From: Longimicrobiales bacterium
GTDB taxonomy: Bacteria; Gemmatimonadota; Gemmatimonadetes; Longimicrobiales; Gaopeijiaceae
Direction of reading: 5' to 3'
Length of the DNA stretch: 64,000 nucleotides
Assembly (NCBI GenBank): GCA_965198065.1
Contig: CBDAON010000004.1
Location: 128,001 to 192,000, forward strand
The notes below the pieces were generated by a model. It had not been told where the DNA came from, did not search any database, and saw only the letters and a list, made by a program, of their open reading frames with translations. This document shows positions 41,271-51,700 of the stretch, one piece after another; within the stretch, counting starts at the first letter, position 1; the number at the start of each line of letters is the position of its first letter. The position numbers and the translations under genes are program-made.

Positions 41271-41983
41271 TGGAGGGCGTCGGGACTTGGCCGGGTCACC
41301 CCGCTCAGACGAGACCCCTGGGTGTCCTCCCACGCTCGGCTCCGGGCGGCTTCGCCCGACAGCTCCAGGAGGGCGTCTCGAAGCACGCGCTCCGCTTCGG
41401 GAAGCGCAGCCTCCCGATCGGCCCGGGTCCGGTGGGCCCGAAAGTGAAGCGGGGATCCGAACCGGAGGTGTACCGTCTGCCCGCCCCTTGGGCGGGCGGC
41501 CCAGCGGGGCCATACGTCGTACGTCCCGTCGAGCCCCACCGGAATCACGGGCACTCCGGCCCGGAGCACGACCCGGACGGCTCCCCTTCGGAGCGGCTGG
41601 AGGGTCCCCTCCCAGCTCCGCTCTCCTTCCGGATACAGGCACACACCCTCCCCGCGCTGGAGCAAGCGAAGGAGGATCCGGACCGCCTGGGGGTCGACTC
41701 GATATCGGCGGACGGGAAACGCCCGGGTGGGCCCCAGGAGCGCGCGGAAGAACGCGGACGAAAACTGGGTGCTCTTCGTCATCGTGTGCACGGTTCGGCG
41801 GCACACCGACTGCACCACGATGGGATCGATCACGCTCTGGTGATTGGGGAGGAGGATGCAAGGCCCGGTCCGTGGAACGTTCTCCAGGCCCTCGACCCGA
41901 AGGTCCGCCAGGCGGCGTACCCACCACCCGCTCGCGAGCTGTATGAGGCGATACGTGAAGGGAGTCGCCCCCAACGCTACCAC
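41267..41983 (-). CDS. lysophospholipid acyltransferase (PlsC family)
   Basis: NHQSVID and YPEGERS. Confidence 0.9.
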   Translation of the reverse strand: MVALGATPFTYRLIQLASGWWVRRLADLRVEGLENVPRTGPCILLPNHQSVIDPIVVQSVCRRTVHTMTKSTQFSSAFFRALLGPTRAFPVRRYRVDPQAVRILLRLLQRGEGVCLYPEGERSWEGTLQPLRRGAVRVVLRAGVPVIPVGLDGTYDVWPRWAARPRGGQTVHLRFGSPLHFRAHRTRADREAALPEAERVLRDALLELSGEAARSRAWEDTQGSRLSGVTRPSPDALQ

Positions 41984-42594
41984 CCCCGGATGCGAGGCTG
42001 GAACTCCGCGATCTCCCCCCGTCCCTCCGCGCGCCACACGACACGGAGCTGCGCTCTCAGGAGCTCCTCCCACCTCCGCGGAGAATCCCGATCGAGCCGA
42101 AAGCTCACGAGGCCGCCTTCCGCGGGCGCGATCTGCACTGCCGACGACGAGCCCTGGACGGCCCGAACGCGGCTCAGCTGCCACTCGTGCACGGGCCCGC
42201 TTCTCTCGGTGAAGGTCAGGCGGTCGTCCGTCAACCGGAGGACCCCAGCTCTTCGAACCCCGAAGCGCTCACAGTACCCCAGCAGTGCACCCCGGAACCG
42301 GATCGGAGACTCGCGGGCCGCCACCCGCATGGACGCGTCCACCTCGGCCGGCAGGGCCGAGGGGCCCTGCCCTCCCGCTGGGAGGGGGCCCGCCGGACCG
42401 CCCATCCTGTCGGCGAGGGCGCGGGCCGGGACCTCCTCGACCTCACCCGCCGGGTCTCTCACCCTAATCCGGGTTCCCCCGGTCCCGGGCTCGAATTGCC
42501 GCCGGCAGGCAGGACAGCCGACCGAGCTCCCCTGGGCCTCCAGGGGCTCGTGCCCGCAGCAAGGGCATCGGTACAGCAGGTGCGCGAGCGGCAT
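41977..42594 (-). CDS. hypothetical protein with Zn-ribbon (CPCC...CPAC)
   Basis: MPLAHLLYRCPCCGH...CPACRR, GVLRLTDDRLTF and FQPRI. Confidence 0.75.
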   Translation of the reverse strand: MPLAHLLYRCPCCGHEPLEAQGSSVGCPACRRQFEPGTGGTRIRVRDPAGEVEEVPARALADRMGGPAGPLPAGGQGPSALPAEVDASMRVAARESPIRFRGALLGYCERFGVRRAGVLRLTDDRLTFTERSGPVHEWQLSRVRAVQGSSSAVQIAPAEGGLVSFRLDRDSPRRWEELLRAQLRVVWRAEGRGEIAEFQPRIRGW

Positions 42595-42620
42595 GCGTAT
42601 CTTCCTCGAACGGTGCGTCC

Positions 42621-43364
42621 CTAGAGGCGTCCCGCGACGTCCAGGAGCCTCAGCTTCCAGACCTTCCAGACCGCCTCGAAGATGATCCGCTTCGACATCT
42701 TCGACTTTCCGCGCCCACGTTCCGTGAAGATGATCGGCACCTCGGCGAAGTGGAAACCCTTCCTCCACGCCCGGAGCTTGAGCTCGATCTGGAACGTATA
42801 CCCGGTGGACTCGATCCGGCTCAGGTTCAAGGCCTCCAAGACCCGGCTGTGGAACAAGTTGAAGCCGCCCGTGGCATCCGTTGCGGGAAGCCTCGTGACG
42901 ATGCGGGCATAGAGGTTCCCGAAAAGCGATACGAGGAGTCGGGTGACGGGCCAGTTGACCACGGTCACGTTCCCACCGACGTAGCGAGAGCCGATCACGA
43001 AATCCACCCCCGGCTCGTTCGATCGCTCGAGAAGCTCGGGGATGGCCGAAACGGGGTGCGAGAGGTCCGCATCCATCTGACCGATCCGCGCATAGCCGCG
43101 CTCGAACGCCCACCGGAAGCCCGCGAGATAAGCAGGACCGAGACCACCCTTCCCTTCCCTATGAAGGACGAAGACGCGCCCGGCGTGCGCGGCCGCGAGC
43201 GCCTCGGCCACCTCGCCCGTCCCGTCCGGAGACGAGTCGTCCACGACGAGGACGTCCAGGTCGGGGGACTGCTCGAGGATCGCGGGGATCAGCCGTGGGA
43301 GGTTCTCCCGCTCTTCGAAGGTGGGAACGACGATGAGGGTTCCCCTGTCGCTGGATTCGTTCAT
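42621..43364 (-). CDS. polyprenol monophosphomannose synthase-like GT2
   Basis: VPTFEERENL, VDDSSPDGT, MDADLSH, GSRY and GYTFQIE. Confidence 0.92.
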   Translation of the reverse strand: MNESSDRGTLIVVPTFEERENLPRLIPAILEQSPDLDVLVVDDSSPDGTGEVAEALAAAHAGRVFVLHREGKGGLGPAYLAGFRWAFERGYARIGQMDADLSHPVSAIPELLERSNEPGVDFVIGSRYVGGNVTVVNWPVTRLLVSLFGNLYARIVTRLPATDATGGFNLFHSRVLEALNLSRIESTGYTFQIELKLRAWRKGFHFAEVPIIFTERGRGKSKMSKRIIFEAVWKVWKLRLLDVAGRL

Positions 43365-44353
43365 CCCTCGCCGTCCCAAGCCTCGGCAGCCCCGCGGCCA
43401 CGACCGTCCCGGCGCTCGGGCGCAGTCCTGTCGCGGAGCACCTCCCAGAGCGCCATGGCCCCCGCGGGGAGGAGCTCCACTCCGGTCATCCAGAGACGCG
43501 CGAGCACGGCGACTCCTACGGCAGCTCCGCCGAGCTCACCTTGGAGGAGCGCGATGAGAACGCCCTCGCGAACGCCGAGTCCCGCCGGAGCGAAGACCGC
43601 GACGTAGCCGAGAAGGTATGCCAGGGCGAAGGCCGACACGACGGGGACGGGCCCGGCCCCGAAGCCCAGCGCATGGACGAACGCGTAGAACGCGGCTCCG
43701 TAGACCACCCAGTTAAAGACGTACCAGAGAATCCACCGGGGCCCAAAGAAGCGCGTGACCCCTGGGGCCGCCTCTACGGGTATCCCACCCACCCGAAACG
43801 CGAGGGCGAGCGCCCTCCGGAGAAGGGTGGGGACAGCCAGCCACACGATCAGGACGGCAGCTGTGACGGCGGCTGCAACCATGAAGCCGGCGCCCGGCCC
43901 GGAGATCACTGGCAAGGCCAGGAGCGCAGCGGCCACGAGCGTGAAGGTCTGCGCGAGGATTCCCGCCGCTGCGGCCACGGTCCCCGAGACTCCGGCCCTC
44001 CTCGCGAGGACGGCCAGCCCGGCCACCGGCCAGACCTTGCCGGGCAGATAGCGCCCGAGGTTCGCGGAAAGAAAGATCCTGCACGACGCCAGGAAGCCAG
44101 GATCCCGACCCCCGAGCTCGGCCGCCATCTTCCCCCAGAGCCTGGCGCCGGTGAGGAAGCCGGCCAGGAGAAGCACGGTGGCCAGCGAGAGCACGCCGAG
44201 AGACACCCGGGGGAACGCCGTCTCGAGGGAGAGCGCCTCGTCCAGCGTGAAGCCGACTTGCCGGACGATCAGCCAGGTGACGCCAACAGTGAGGGCAAGC
44301 CGCCCGATCCACCTGGCCCACGCTCTCACGTTCTCTCCACCCTCACGCGCCAT
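43361..44353 (-). CDS. lysylphosphatidylglycerol synthase TM-domain (flippase-like) protein
   Basis: LGRYLPGKVW and APAGLGVREG. Confidence 0.88.
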   Translation of the reverse strand: MAREGGENVRAWARWIGRLALTVGVTWLIVRQVGFTLDEALSLETAFPRVSLGVLSLATVLLLAGFLTGARLWGKMAAELGGRDPGFLASCRIFLSANLGRYLPGKVWPVAGLAVLARRAGVSGTVAAAAGILAQTFTLVAAALLALPVISGPGAGFMVAAAVTAAVLIVWLAVPTLLRRALALAFRVGGIPVEAAPGVTRFFGPRWILWYVFNWVVYGAAFYAFVHALGFGAGPVPVVSAFALAYLLGYVAVFAPAGLGVREGVLIALLQGELGGAAVGVAVLARLWMTGVELLPAGAMALWEVLRDRTAPERRDGRGRGAAEAWDGEG

Positions 44354-46880
44354 GCCCCCGGGGCCCGTCCCGCCGCCGAGCTCGGAGTCCGCTCATGCCC
44401 GCCAGGGTGGCCAGGAGCAGCGTCGAGATCACACTTACCCCGGCGCTCGCCCGGAGGAGGGGCGACTCGTACCAGAGCTCGACCCGATGCGCTCCCTGGG
44501 GAACGGCCACCGCACGAAGCGTGTGGTCGGCCCGAAGAACCCGAGCGGGCTCGCCGTCCACGGAGGCCCTCCACGAAGGGTACCAGTTCTCGGAGAGGAC
44601 GAGGAGCGCCGGGCCGGACGCCTCGACGTCCAGCACCAGCCGGTTGGGCGTCCGATCGACCCAGGTCGCGGTTCCCCGCACGTCGGGTCCGCCGACCTCG
44701 ATTGGAGGCGGTTCCACCAGCACCGTCTGCCGGGCTGGGTCGTACGTCACCTCGTCCTCCCCCAGGATCACGGCGAGCGTGCGATCCTCCGGCACGACGA
44801 TGGCCTCGCCCACGACGCGGACGCGCGGAAGTCCCGGATACGGATAGACCGAGGCGAGCGGGCTCCCGTCCGCCAGCACCGTCCGGCTCACCGGCTCGGC
44901 GCCCTCGAGGATGTCGTACTGCGCGTCCGGCCACAGGACATAGCGCACGTTCAGGATCCGCATGACGTTCGGATGGAAGAGCGCCAGATGCTCCGGTATC
45001 CCGCTCCCCTCCATCCCGATGAGCTCCCGGTAACGGGCCAGGTCGTTCGGGTGGTGGCCTCCAGCCAAGTCGAGGCCGTGCATCCCCGGGATCACGTCCT
45101 GCCCCCCCTGGACCATCGAGAACACTCTGAACGGAGGCTCTTCCTCCGCGCGTGCCTGTAGAAAGCGCACGTTGGGGTCAGCTGTGAGGAAGGCCCCTGG
45201 GTCCAGCGTCCGAACGAACGCGCGGTCTACCCGGATCTCGTCCGCGGCCACGAGGAGGGCCAGCAGGAAGACGAGCCCCGCTCCGTTCAGGAATCGGCGG
45301 CCGTACGCCCACCAGACGCCCAGCGTCACCGCGGAAAAGAGCGTGGCCACGAAGAACCCGCGCGTGATGAACGGCGCGGCGCGGCCCAGGGCCTGGAGGC
45401 CCACTTCAGTCAGGCCAGGGTGGATCACGGCTGTCCATGCCTGGAGGAGTGCGCCGGACGCGGCGAGGACGAGACCCAACGCCACGAGGCCGCCAGCGAC
45501 CAGGAGTGGCCGCACGACCCGACCCGTCTCTCCCCGAGCCGTGATCTCGAGGCCCCGCTCGACGCCGAGGGCCGCGAGCGTCGAGACCGCGAAGGCCGTG
45601 AGGAAGACGGCCATGGACGGGGCCCGGAAGAGCGAGATGCCCGGAAGAAGCTCGTACGCAACTCGCCAGACCGGGGTGTGCGCGCCGAGGGCGAACAGGA
45701 GCGCCGTCCCTCCCAGCCCCAAGAGGAACCAGCGGATCCCGCGCCACCCCGTCCCCGAGAGGGATAGGACGGCGAGAAGGAGGGCGACGAGGCCGAGATA
45801 CTCGTGGTTCAGCTTCACGGGGTTTCGCCCCCAATATGTGCCCTGGGCCCAGTCTGCGTCGGCGGCAGAGTTGCCGACGAACTCCGGGACGACGAGCGCG
45901 ACCGCCTCCTCCGGGTGGAGCGACCAGGAGGACGAGTACTCCACGCCCGCCCCCTCTTCCGCCGCTACCGTCGTCATCGTGCGGCGCGAGTGCTCCAACA
46001 CGTAGGCGACGGACGGAATGAGCTGGACGCCGGCCGCCCCGGCCCCCAGAACGGAAAAGAGAACGAACAGCGCCAGGCGCTTCAGCGCCGGCCCTCCCCT
46101 CACGGCCCCCTCCTGGACGGCGCGGAACACCGCGTACGTCCCCGCGGCCCCAAACAGGAAATACGCCATCTGGAACTGCGTGGTGAGGATCACGAGGGCC
46201 ACGATGGCTCCCTCAGCCGCCAACGGTACCAGGTCCCGCCGCCGGAATACCCACTCCACCGCCCAGAACAGGAGGGGCGCGAGCGCCGTCACCATGAGCT
46301 TCCCGTCGTTCCCTGGGAAAACCAGGGTTACGAGTGTCGGGGTGAGGAGGTACGCCACGCCTCCCACGAGCGACGCGGCCCTCGAGACCCCGAGCATCCG
46401 GAGCCACGCGTGCATGAAGCACCCGGCGAGAAAGACGTGAAGGACCAGCTTCCACCCCAGCGCGCGGTAGGTCTCCATCACCACCAGGAGGAGGAGCGAA
46501 GGCGGATATAGGGAGTCCCCGCCCGCGAGCGATTCCAGGAAGGGCGTGCCTCCCAGAAGAACGGGGTTCCAGACGGGGAAGCCGGTCGTTCGGAGAGTCT
46601 CGGCGAAGAAGGCTCGCGCCATGTAGCCGAGCCCGAGCGTGTCCGAGCCGTAGAGCATCCGATCCGAGAAGACGAACTCCCGGAACAGAAATAGCGTCAG
46701 GGCGGCGTAAGCGACCGGGGGCACCCATCGGGGGATCTCGGCCTCATGCCGGCCGCCGGTCGACTCGCTGGATCCGGATGCGCCGCTCGGATCGCCGGCG
46801 CGCTCCTTCGGGGCCCCGGCCTCTCCTTCGTCCGGTGCGCCCCCCTTTCCCCGCCGCCTCCGCCTTCCACCCGCGGTCAT
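44343..46880 (-). CDS. YfhO-family (GT-C-like) membrane protein
   Basis: PVWNP...GTPF, YLG, FRAPS and LVLSENWYPSWRASVDG...VPQGAHRVELWY. Confidence 0.88.
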   Translation of the reverse strand: MTAGGRRRRRGKGGAPDEGEAGAPKERAGDPSGASGSSESTGGRHEAEIPRWVPPVAYAALTLFLFREFVFSDRMLYGSDTLGLGYMARAFFAETLRTTGFPVWNPVLLGGTPFLESLAGGDSLYPPSLLLLVVMETYRALGWKLVLHVFLAGCFMHAWLRMLGVSRAASLVGGVAYLLTPTLVTLVFPGNDGKLMVTALAPLLFWAVEWVFRRRDLVPLAAEGAIVALVILTTQFQMAYFLFGAAGTYAVFRAVQEGAVRGGPALKRLALFVLFSVLGAGAAGVQLIPSVAYVLEHSRRTMTTVAAEEGAGVEYSSSWSLHPEEAVALVVPEFVGNSAADADWAQGTYWGRNPVKLNHEYLGLVALLLAVLSLSGTGWRGIRWFLLGLGGTALLFALGAHTPVWRVAYELLPGISLFRAPSMAVFLTAFAVSTLAALGVERGLEITARGETGRVVRPLLVAGGLVALGLVLAASGALLQAWTAVIHPGLTEVGLQALGRAAPFITRGFFVATLFSAVTLGVWWAYGRRFLNGAGLVFLLALLVAADEIRVDRAFVRTLDPGAFLTADPNVRFLQARAEEEPPFRVFSMVQGGQDVIPGMHGLDLAGGHHPNDLARYRELIGMEGSGIPEHLALFHPNVMRILNVRYVLWPDAQYDILEGAEPVSRTVLADGSPLASVYPYPGLPRVRVVGEAIVVPEDRTLAVILGEDEVTYDPARQTVLVEPPPIEVGGPDVRGTATWVDRTPNRLVLDVEASGPALLVLSENWYPSWRASVDGEPARVLRADHTLRAVAVPQGAHRVELWYESPLLRASAGVSVISTLLLATLAGMSGLRARRRDGPRGHGA

Positions 46881-48022
46881 CGCGCCCCGGCCTCCGGTCG
46901 CGGCTCCCGCACGTCCCGGCCAGCGAGCAGATCCTCGTAGATCTCCAAGTGCCGGCCCACCAGCTGCGCGTTGCTCCAGCGCGCGACCACCCGCTCCCGG
47001 GCCCTCTTCCCCATGTCGGCCAACCCCGAATCCTCTAGCAGGCGGACCACGCCCTCGGCCAGGGCCGATGGATCCCCGGGCCGTACGAGGGCCCCCACGC
47101 CTGCGTTCACGATTTCCGTGAGGCCTCCCACGGCCGTGGCCACGACGGGCCGCTCGCAGGCCATGGCTTCCAGGGCAGCCACGGACGTCGCTTCCATGAG
47201 CGAGGGGAACACGGCGATCTCTCCCGAGCAGAGGAGCCCGGGCATCTCCTCGTGCGGGCGAGCCCCGAGAAACTCGACAGCGTTCCCCGTTCCCGTCCTT
47301 CGGGCGAGCGCCTCGAGCGCGGGGCGCTCCGGCCCGTCACCGACCAGGACCAGCCGCGCCCCAGGCACGCGCCCCAGAATCTCGGGCACGGCCCGAATCA
47401 GGTACTCCACCCCGTTCTTTCGGACGAGTCTCCGCGGGACCACGATCCTCCGCTCCCCGTTGCGCGGTGCGAGCGATGGGGGCACCGGGGCGAAGCGATC
47501 GGTGTCCACGCCGTTCGTGATCGCCTCCACCCGAGCGCCGGGAGCGAGATCGAGAGCGACCCGGGCGATCTCCTTGGAGGCGGCCAGCGCGTGGCTTGGC
47601 CAGCCAACGAGAGCCGCGAGAATCGGACGCCACAGGGGACTCCGCGCGCGAGCGAGAAAGTGGGAGGTGTGGAAGGAGGCCACCCAGGGCCTCTCGGCGC
47701 CGCGCGCAACGAGGCCCACCGGAAGGACCGAAGCGAAGGACTGGGCGTGAAGGACATCGGCCCAACCGGCCCAGCGGCGGGTCGCCGGAGCGGAGGCCAG
47801 GGCGTAGGCGGTCCAGCCCACGGCTGATCGGGACGGCATCCAGCACCGCCGGATGCGGACGCCTCCGACCTCTTCCTCCAGTGAGAGCCCCGGACGCGAC
47901 CGGGACGTCACGATCCGAACCTCGTGCCCCCGCGCCACCAGCCCCTCGGCGAGCCCCGAGACGTGACTTTCCATTCCCCCGACCTCGGGGAGGTAATAGA
48001 CGGCGTGGAGGAGGACCCTCAC
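46877..48022 (-). CDS. glycosyltransferase family 4
   Basis: PEVGGME, NGVDTDRF and EATSVAALEAMA. Confidence 0.92.
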   Translation of the reverse strand: MRVLLHAVYYLPEVGGMESHVSGLAEGLVARGHEVRIVTSRSRPGLSLEEEVGGVRIRRCWMPSRSAVGWTAYALASAPATRRWAGWADVLHAQSFASVLPVGLVARGAERPWVASFHTSHFLARARSPLWRPILAALVGWPSHALAASKEIARVALDLAPGARVEAITNGVDTDRFAPVPPSLAPRNGERRIVVPRRLVRKNGVEYLIRAVPEILGRVPGARLVLVGDGPERPALEALARRTGTGNAVEFLGARPHEEMPGLLCSGEIAVFPSLMEATSVAALEAMACERPVVATAVGGLTEIVNAGVGALVRPGDPSALAEGVVRLLEDSGLADMGKRARERVVARWSNAQLVGRHLEIYEDLLAGRDVREPRPEAGAR

Positions 48023-49182
48023 TCCCCTTCCCCCTTCCCACGCTCGCGGAGGAACCGTTCGACGATCGAAGCGATCCTCTCCCCCGCCCGACCATCCCCG
48101 TAGGGGTTCGGAGCCCCGGAGCCGTCCCGTTCGGTGGCGCCGCGCGCGAGGAGCGTCTTGGCCTCGCCGACGATCCGCTCGGGGTCGGTGCCCACGAGCC
48201 GGGCAACCCCGGCGTCGAGCCCTTCGGGCCGCTCGCTCTTGTCCCGGAGCACGAGGACTGGCGTACCGAAGCTGGGCGCCTCCTCCTGGATCCCTCCCGA
48301 ATCGGTGAGAACGGCTCGGGCCCCCCGGAGGGCGGCAACCAGGTCCGGGTAGGAGAGGGGAGGGATCACGTGGATTCGCTCGCGGTCCCCTAGCAGGCGG
48401 CGGACGGGCTCCGTGACATTGGGATTCGGGTGCACGGGGTAGATCACTTCCAGGTCCGGAACCTCCGCCACCAGGCGGGTCACGCTCTCAAGCGCACGCT
48501 CGATGGGGGCTCCGAACGACTCCCTCCGGTGGAGCGTGAGGAGGACGAATGGAGGGGCGCCCTTCTCCAGGAGCCGGGCCAGAACCTCGGATCGGGGGGG
48601 CACTCCGCGGCCAGCCACGTCGACAAGAGCGTCCACGACCGTGTTTCCCGTCACGTGGATGCGCTCGTCCGGGACTCCCTCTCGAAGGAGGTTCTCCCTC
48701 GCGGCGCGTGTGGGAGCGAAGTGCAGGTCCGCCAGCACCGCGATGAGACGGCGGAACGCTTCCTCCGGGAACGGGCTCCGGAGGTCCCCGGTGCGAAGGC
48801 CCGCTTCGACATGCCCGGTCCAGGTCCGGTGGAAGTAGGCCGCCATGGTAGAGTAGAAGGCCGAGCCCGTGTCACCCTGCACGAGAAGCAGGTCCGGACG
48901 CCATTCCTCCAGCACGGCTCCGATTCCCGTGAGGCATTCCTGCGCCACGTCCGTGAGGGACTGGCCCTCCTTCATGATCTGAAGGTCCCAGTCCGGGTCG
49001 AGCTCGAATGTCTCGAGAGCCCCATCCACCAGGTCCGTGTGCTGCCCCGTGAGCGCGAGCCGAGTTTCGAGGTGGGGATCCCTGAGCTCGAGGGCCCGGA
49101 CCACCGGTGCCATCTTGATGGCCTCGGGCCGGGTACCCACCACAGCCAGCACCCTGGCCCCAACGCCCCCTTCCATCGTCAT
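48019..49182 (-). CDS. wecB: UDP-N-acetylglucosamine 2-epimerase
   Basis: GTRPEAIKMAP, TGQH, HVEAGLRT and TDSGGIQEEA. Confidence 0.96.
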   Translation of the reverse strand: MTMEGGVGARVLAVVGTRPEAIKMAPVVRALELRDPHLETRLALTGQHTDLVDGALETFELDPDWDLQIMKEGQSLTDVAQECLTGIGAVLEEWRPDLLLVQGDTGSAFYSTMAAYFHRTWTGHVEAGLRTGDLRSPFPEEAFRRLIAVLADLHFAPTRAARENLLREGVPDERIHVTGNTVVDALVDVAGRGVPPRSEVLARLLEKGAPPFVLLTLHRRESFGAPIERALESVTRLVAEVPDLEVIYPVHPNPNVTEPVRRLLGDRERIHVIPPLSYPDLVAALRGARAVLTDSGGIQEEAPSFGTPVLVLRDKSERPEGLDAGVARLVGTDPERIVGEAKTLLARGATERDGSGAPNPYGDGRAGERIASIVERFLRERGKGEGE

Positions 49183-50210
49183 CCGACGCCGCGCCGGCGG
49201 TATGCCTCCACCTCCTCGCGTACGAGCGCGACCATCTCTGCGAGGAGGCCGAATCCGAAGAGAGTGAATCCCACGGTCTCGAGCAGCGCGACCAGCGTCA
49301 GGAGGGGACGGAACCCCAGCTGATGGAAGACCCGCAGGTAGATGGCGAGGAGCCCCACCAGAAAGCCCGCGGCGATCATTCCGAGGCCGAGGGTCCCGAA
49401 GAGGAGAAGCGGCTTTCGCGAGAAAATGAGCAGGAACCATACGGAGAGCAGGTCCACGAGCCCACCCAGAACGCGCCACCGTCCGGCGTACTTGGACGTT
49501 CCCGCCCGACGCGGATACAGCGTCACGTCCATCTCGGTTACGCTATACCCTCGAGCGTGCGCGAGCACGACAAAGAACCGGTGCCAGTCGTGCCTCAGGT
49601 ATATCCCTTCCAATACCTCGGCGCGGAACGCCTTGATCGAGTTCAGGTCCGAGACCGGAACCCGGAAGATCCTACGGGAGAGACGGTTGTAGATCGAGGA
49701 CACGACGCGCTTGTCGTACTCGCCCGTCTTCCGGCCGCAGACGATGTCCCACCCCTCGCCCATGAGCGCCAGAAAGCGCGGGATCTCCTCGGTGGAGTGC
49801 TGCAGGTCGGCGTCGAAGACGATCAGGACGGAGCGATCCGTGGCCCGAGCGGCGGTGAGGAGGGCCTCGGTCTTCCCCAGGTTCCTGCGGTGCGTCATCA
49901 CACGAAACGCGCTCCAGCCGGCGGCGGCCTCGCGCGCCAAGGCCCCGGTTTCATCCGACGAGCCGTCGTCGACCAGGATCACCTCGCCTTCGAGACCGTG
50001 GCGCCGGAAGGTCTCACGGAGCTCCCGGACCAGATCGTGGACGCCCGGGGCCTCGTCGAAGGCGGGCACGACCACGGCGAAGTCCCTGCGGTACGGCTCT
50101 GGGATCGCCGGAGTCGGGGAGGGCTCTACGACGTCCCTCGCCTCGGAGGCGCGTCCGCGCGACGTGCCCGACCGAGCCGCCTCAGACACGCTTCCGCATC
50201 CGAGCCGCAA
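49179..50210 (-). CDS. GT2 polyprenyl-phosphate glycosyltransferase (ArnC-like); start uncertain
   Basis: VDDGSSD, DADLQH and C-terminal TM helices. Confidence 0.9.
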   Translation of the reverse strand: MRLGCGSVSEAARSGTSRGRASEARDVVEPSPTPAIPEPYRRDFAVVVPAFDEAPGVHDLVRELRETFRRHGLEGEVILVDDGSSDETGALAREAAAGWSAFRVMTHRRNLGKTEALLTAARATDRSVLIVFDADLQHSTEEIPRFLALMGEGWDIVCGRKTGEYDKRVVSSIYNRLSRRIFRVPVSDLNSIKAFRAEVLEGIYLRHDWHRFFVVLAHARGYSVTEMDVTLYPRRAGTSKYAGRWRVLGGLVDLLSVWFLLIFSRKPLLLFGTLGLGMIAAGFLVGLLAIYLRVFHQLGFRPLLTLVALLETVGFTLFGFGLLAEMVALVREEVEAYRRRGVG

Positions 50211-51690
50211 GAAGACCGAGCTGCTCCCGGTACTTGGCCACGGTGCGCCGAGCGATGTGCACTCCGTCGGACTCCAGGAGCTCCACGATGCGTTGGTCCG
50301 TGAGGGGGCTGTGCACGTTCTCCTGCTCGACGAGGGTCCGGATCTTGTCCTTCACTCCCCGCGCAGAGATGTCCTCGCCGGAGGCCGTCGCGAGCCCGCT
50401 CGAGAAGAAGAACTTGAGCGGAAACACCCCTCGCGGCGTTTGCACGTACTTCTCGTTCGTCACCCGCGATATCGTGGACTCGTGCATGTCGATGTGGTCG
50501 GCCACCTCGCGGAGCGTGAGGGGCCGCAGGTATTGGATCCCTTTCTCCAAGAACTCGCGCTGGCGATCCACGATGAAGCCCATGACCTTGAGCATCGTCT
50601 GCCGCCGCTGCTCGATCGCCTGGACCATCCAGCTCGCGGAGTTCAGCTTCGCGGCGATGAACTCCTTGTTCTCCCCCCGGAACTTTTTCCGATCGCGCGC
50701 CACCTCTCGGTACGCGCGGGAAAGGCGGAGCCTCGGGACGTTCGTGTCGTTCAGGAACACCTGGTACTCCCCGTCGATCTTCTCGACGACGAGGTCGGGG
50801 AGGACGTAGGTCCCCTCGTCGGGCGAGTGTCCCAGCCCCGGCTTGGGGTCCAGCCTGGCGACCTCGTCCGCGGCGTCCTGCACCTCTCTGGTGGAGAGCC
50901 GGAGGGTCCGCGCCAACTCGTTCCACTTACGGCCGAGGAAGTCGGCGTAGTGATCGCGGACGAGCCGGTACGCGAGGCCGTCGCTTCCCCCGCGCCGCTT
51001 CAACTGGAGCAGGATGCACTCCCTCAGGTCGCGGGCCCCCACGCCGGCCGGGTCGAGGTCCTGTACGATGGCGAGAAGGGCCTCGGCTTCCTCCGGGCAG
51101 TAGTCCCGGAAGAGCCCCTGGACCTCCTCGAGCTCCTGGGCCTGCTCCTCGGAGTCCTCGATCTCGCGCGCGCGGGCGAGAGCGATCTCCCGCACGTCCA
51201 CCAGCCAGCGGTTGGCGCCCGCGACTACCTCGTCCAATGCGCAGGTGAGGAGACCCGAATCGTCGATGTTCCCGATGATCTCCTCTCCAAGCCGAATCTC
51301 TCGATCCGAGATGGAGAGGTGGTGCAGCTGCTCGAGCAGATGGTCCCTCAGGTCCTTAGACTCGACCGGCGTGGGCTCCCGGAACTCCCGGTCCTCCCAT
51401 TGGGTCCTCCTCCCTCCCTGATCGAACCCGTACAGGAGGATCTTCTCCCAATCGATCTCGTCCTCCTTCTCGTTCTCGGGGGTCTCCTCCTCATCGAGCG
51501 AAACCTCCGTTTCGACGTCCGGCTCCACGAGCTCGAGGAACGGGTTCTCGGTCAGCTCCTGCTTCAGGTGCTGCTGGAGGTCCAGGAGAGGCATGTGAAG
51601 GAGCTCCATCGCCTGGTACAGGCGCGGATTCGCCTTCATCTCCTGGCGGAGATCGGCGCTCTGGTAGAGGTGGCTGCCGATTCGACTCAC
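50182..51690 (-). CDS. rpoN: RNA polymerase sigma-54 factor
   Basis: ENPFLE, HESTISR and the RpoN box ARRTVAKYRE. Confidence 0.98.
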   Translation of the reverse strand: MSRIGSHLYQSADLRQEMKANPRLYQAMELLHMPLLDLQQHLKQELTENPFLELVEPDVETEVSLDEEETPENEKEDEIDWEKILLYGFDQGGRRTQWEDREFREPTPVESKDLRDHLLEQLHHLSISDREIRLGEEIIGNIDDSGLLTCALDEVVAGANRWLVDVREIALARAREIEDSEEQAQELEEVQGLFRDYCPEEAEALLAIVQDLDPAGVGARDLRECILLQLKRRGGSDGLAYRLVRDHYADFLGRKWNELARTLRLSTREVQDAADEVARLDPKPGLGHSPDEGTYVLPDLVVEKIDGEYQVFLNDTNVPRLRLSRAYREVARDRKKFRGENKEFIAAKLNSASWMVQAIEQRRQTMLKVMGFIVDRQREFLEKGIQYLRPLTLREVADHIDMHESTISRVTNEKYVQTPRGVFPLKFFFSSGLATASGEDISARGVKDKIRTLVEQENVHSPLTDQRIVELLESDGVHIARRTVAKYREQLGLLAARMRKRV

Positions 51691-51700
51691 GGGGGCGACC

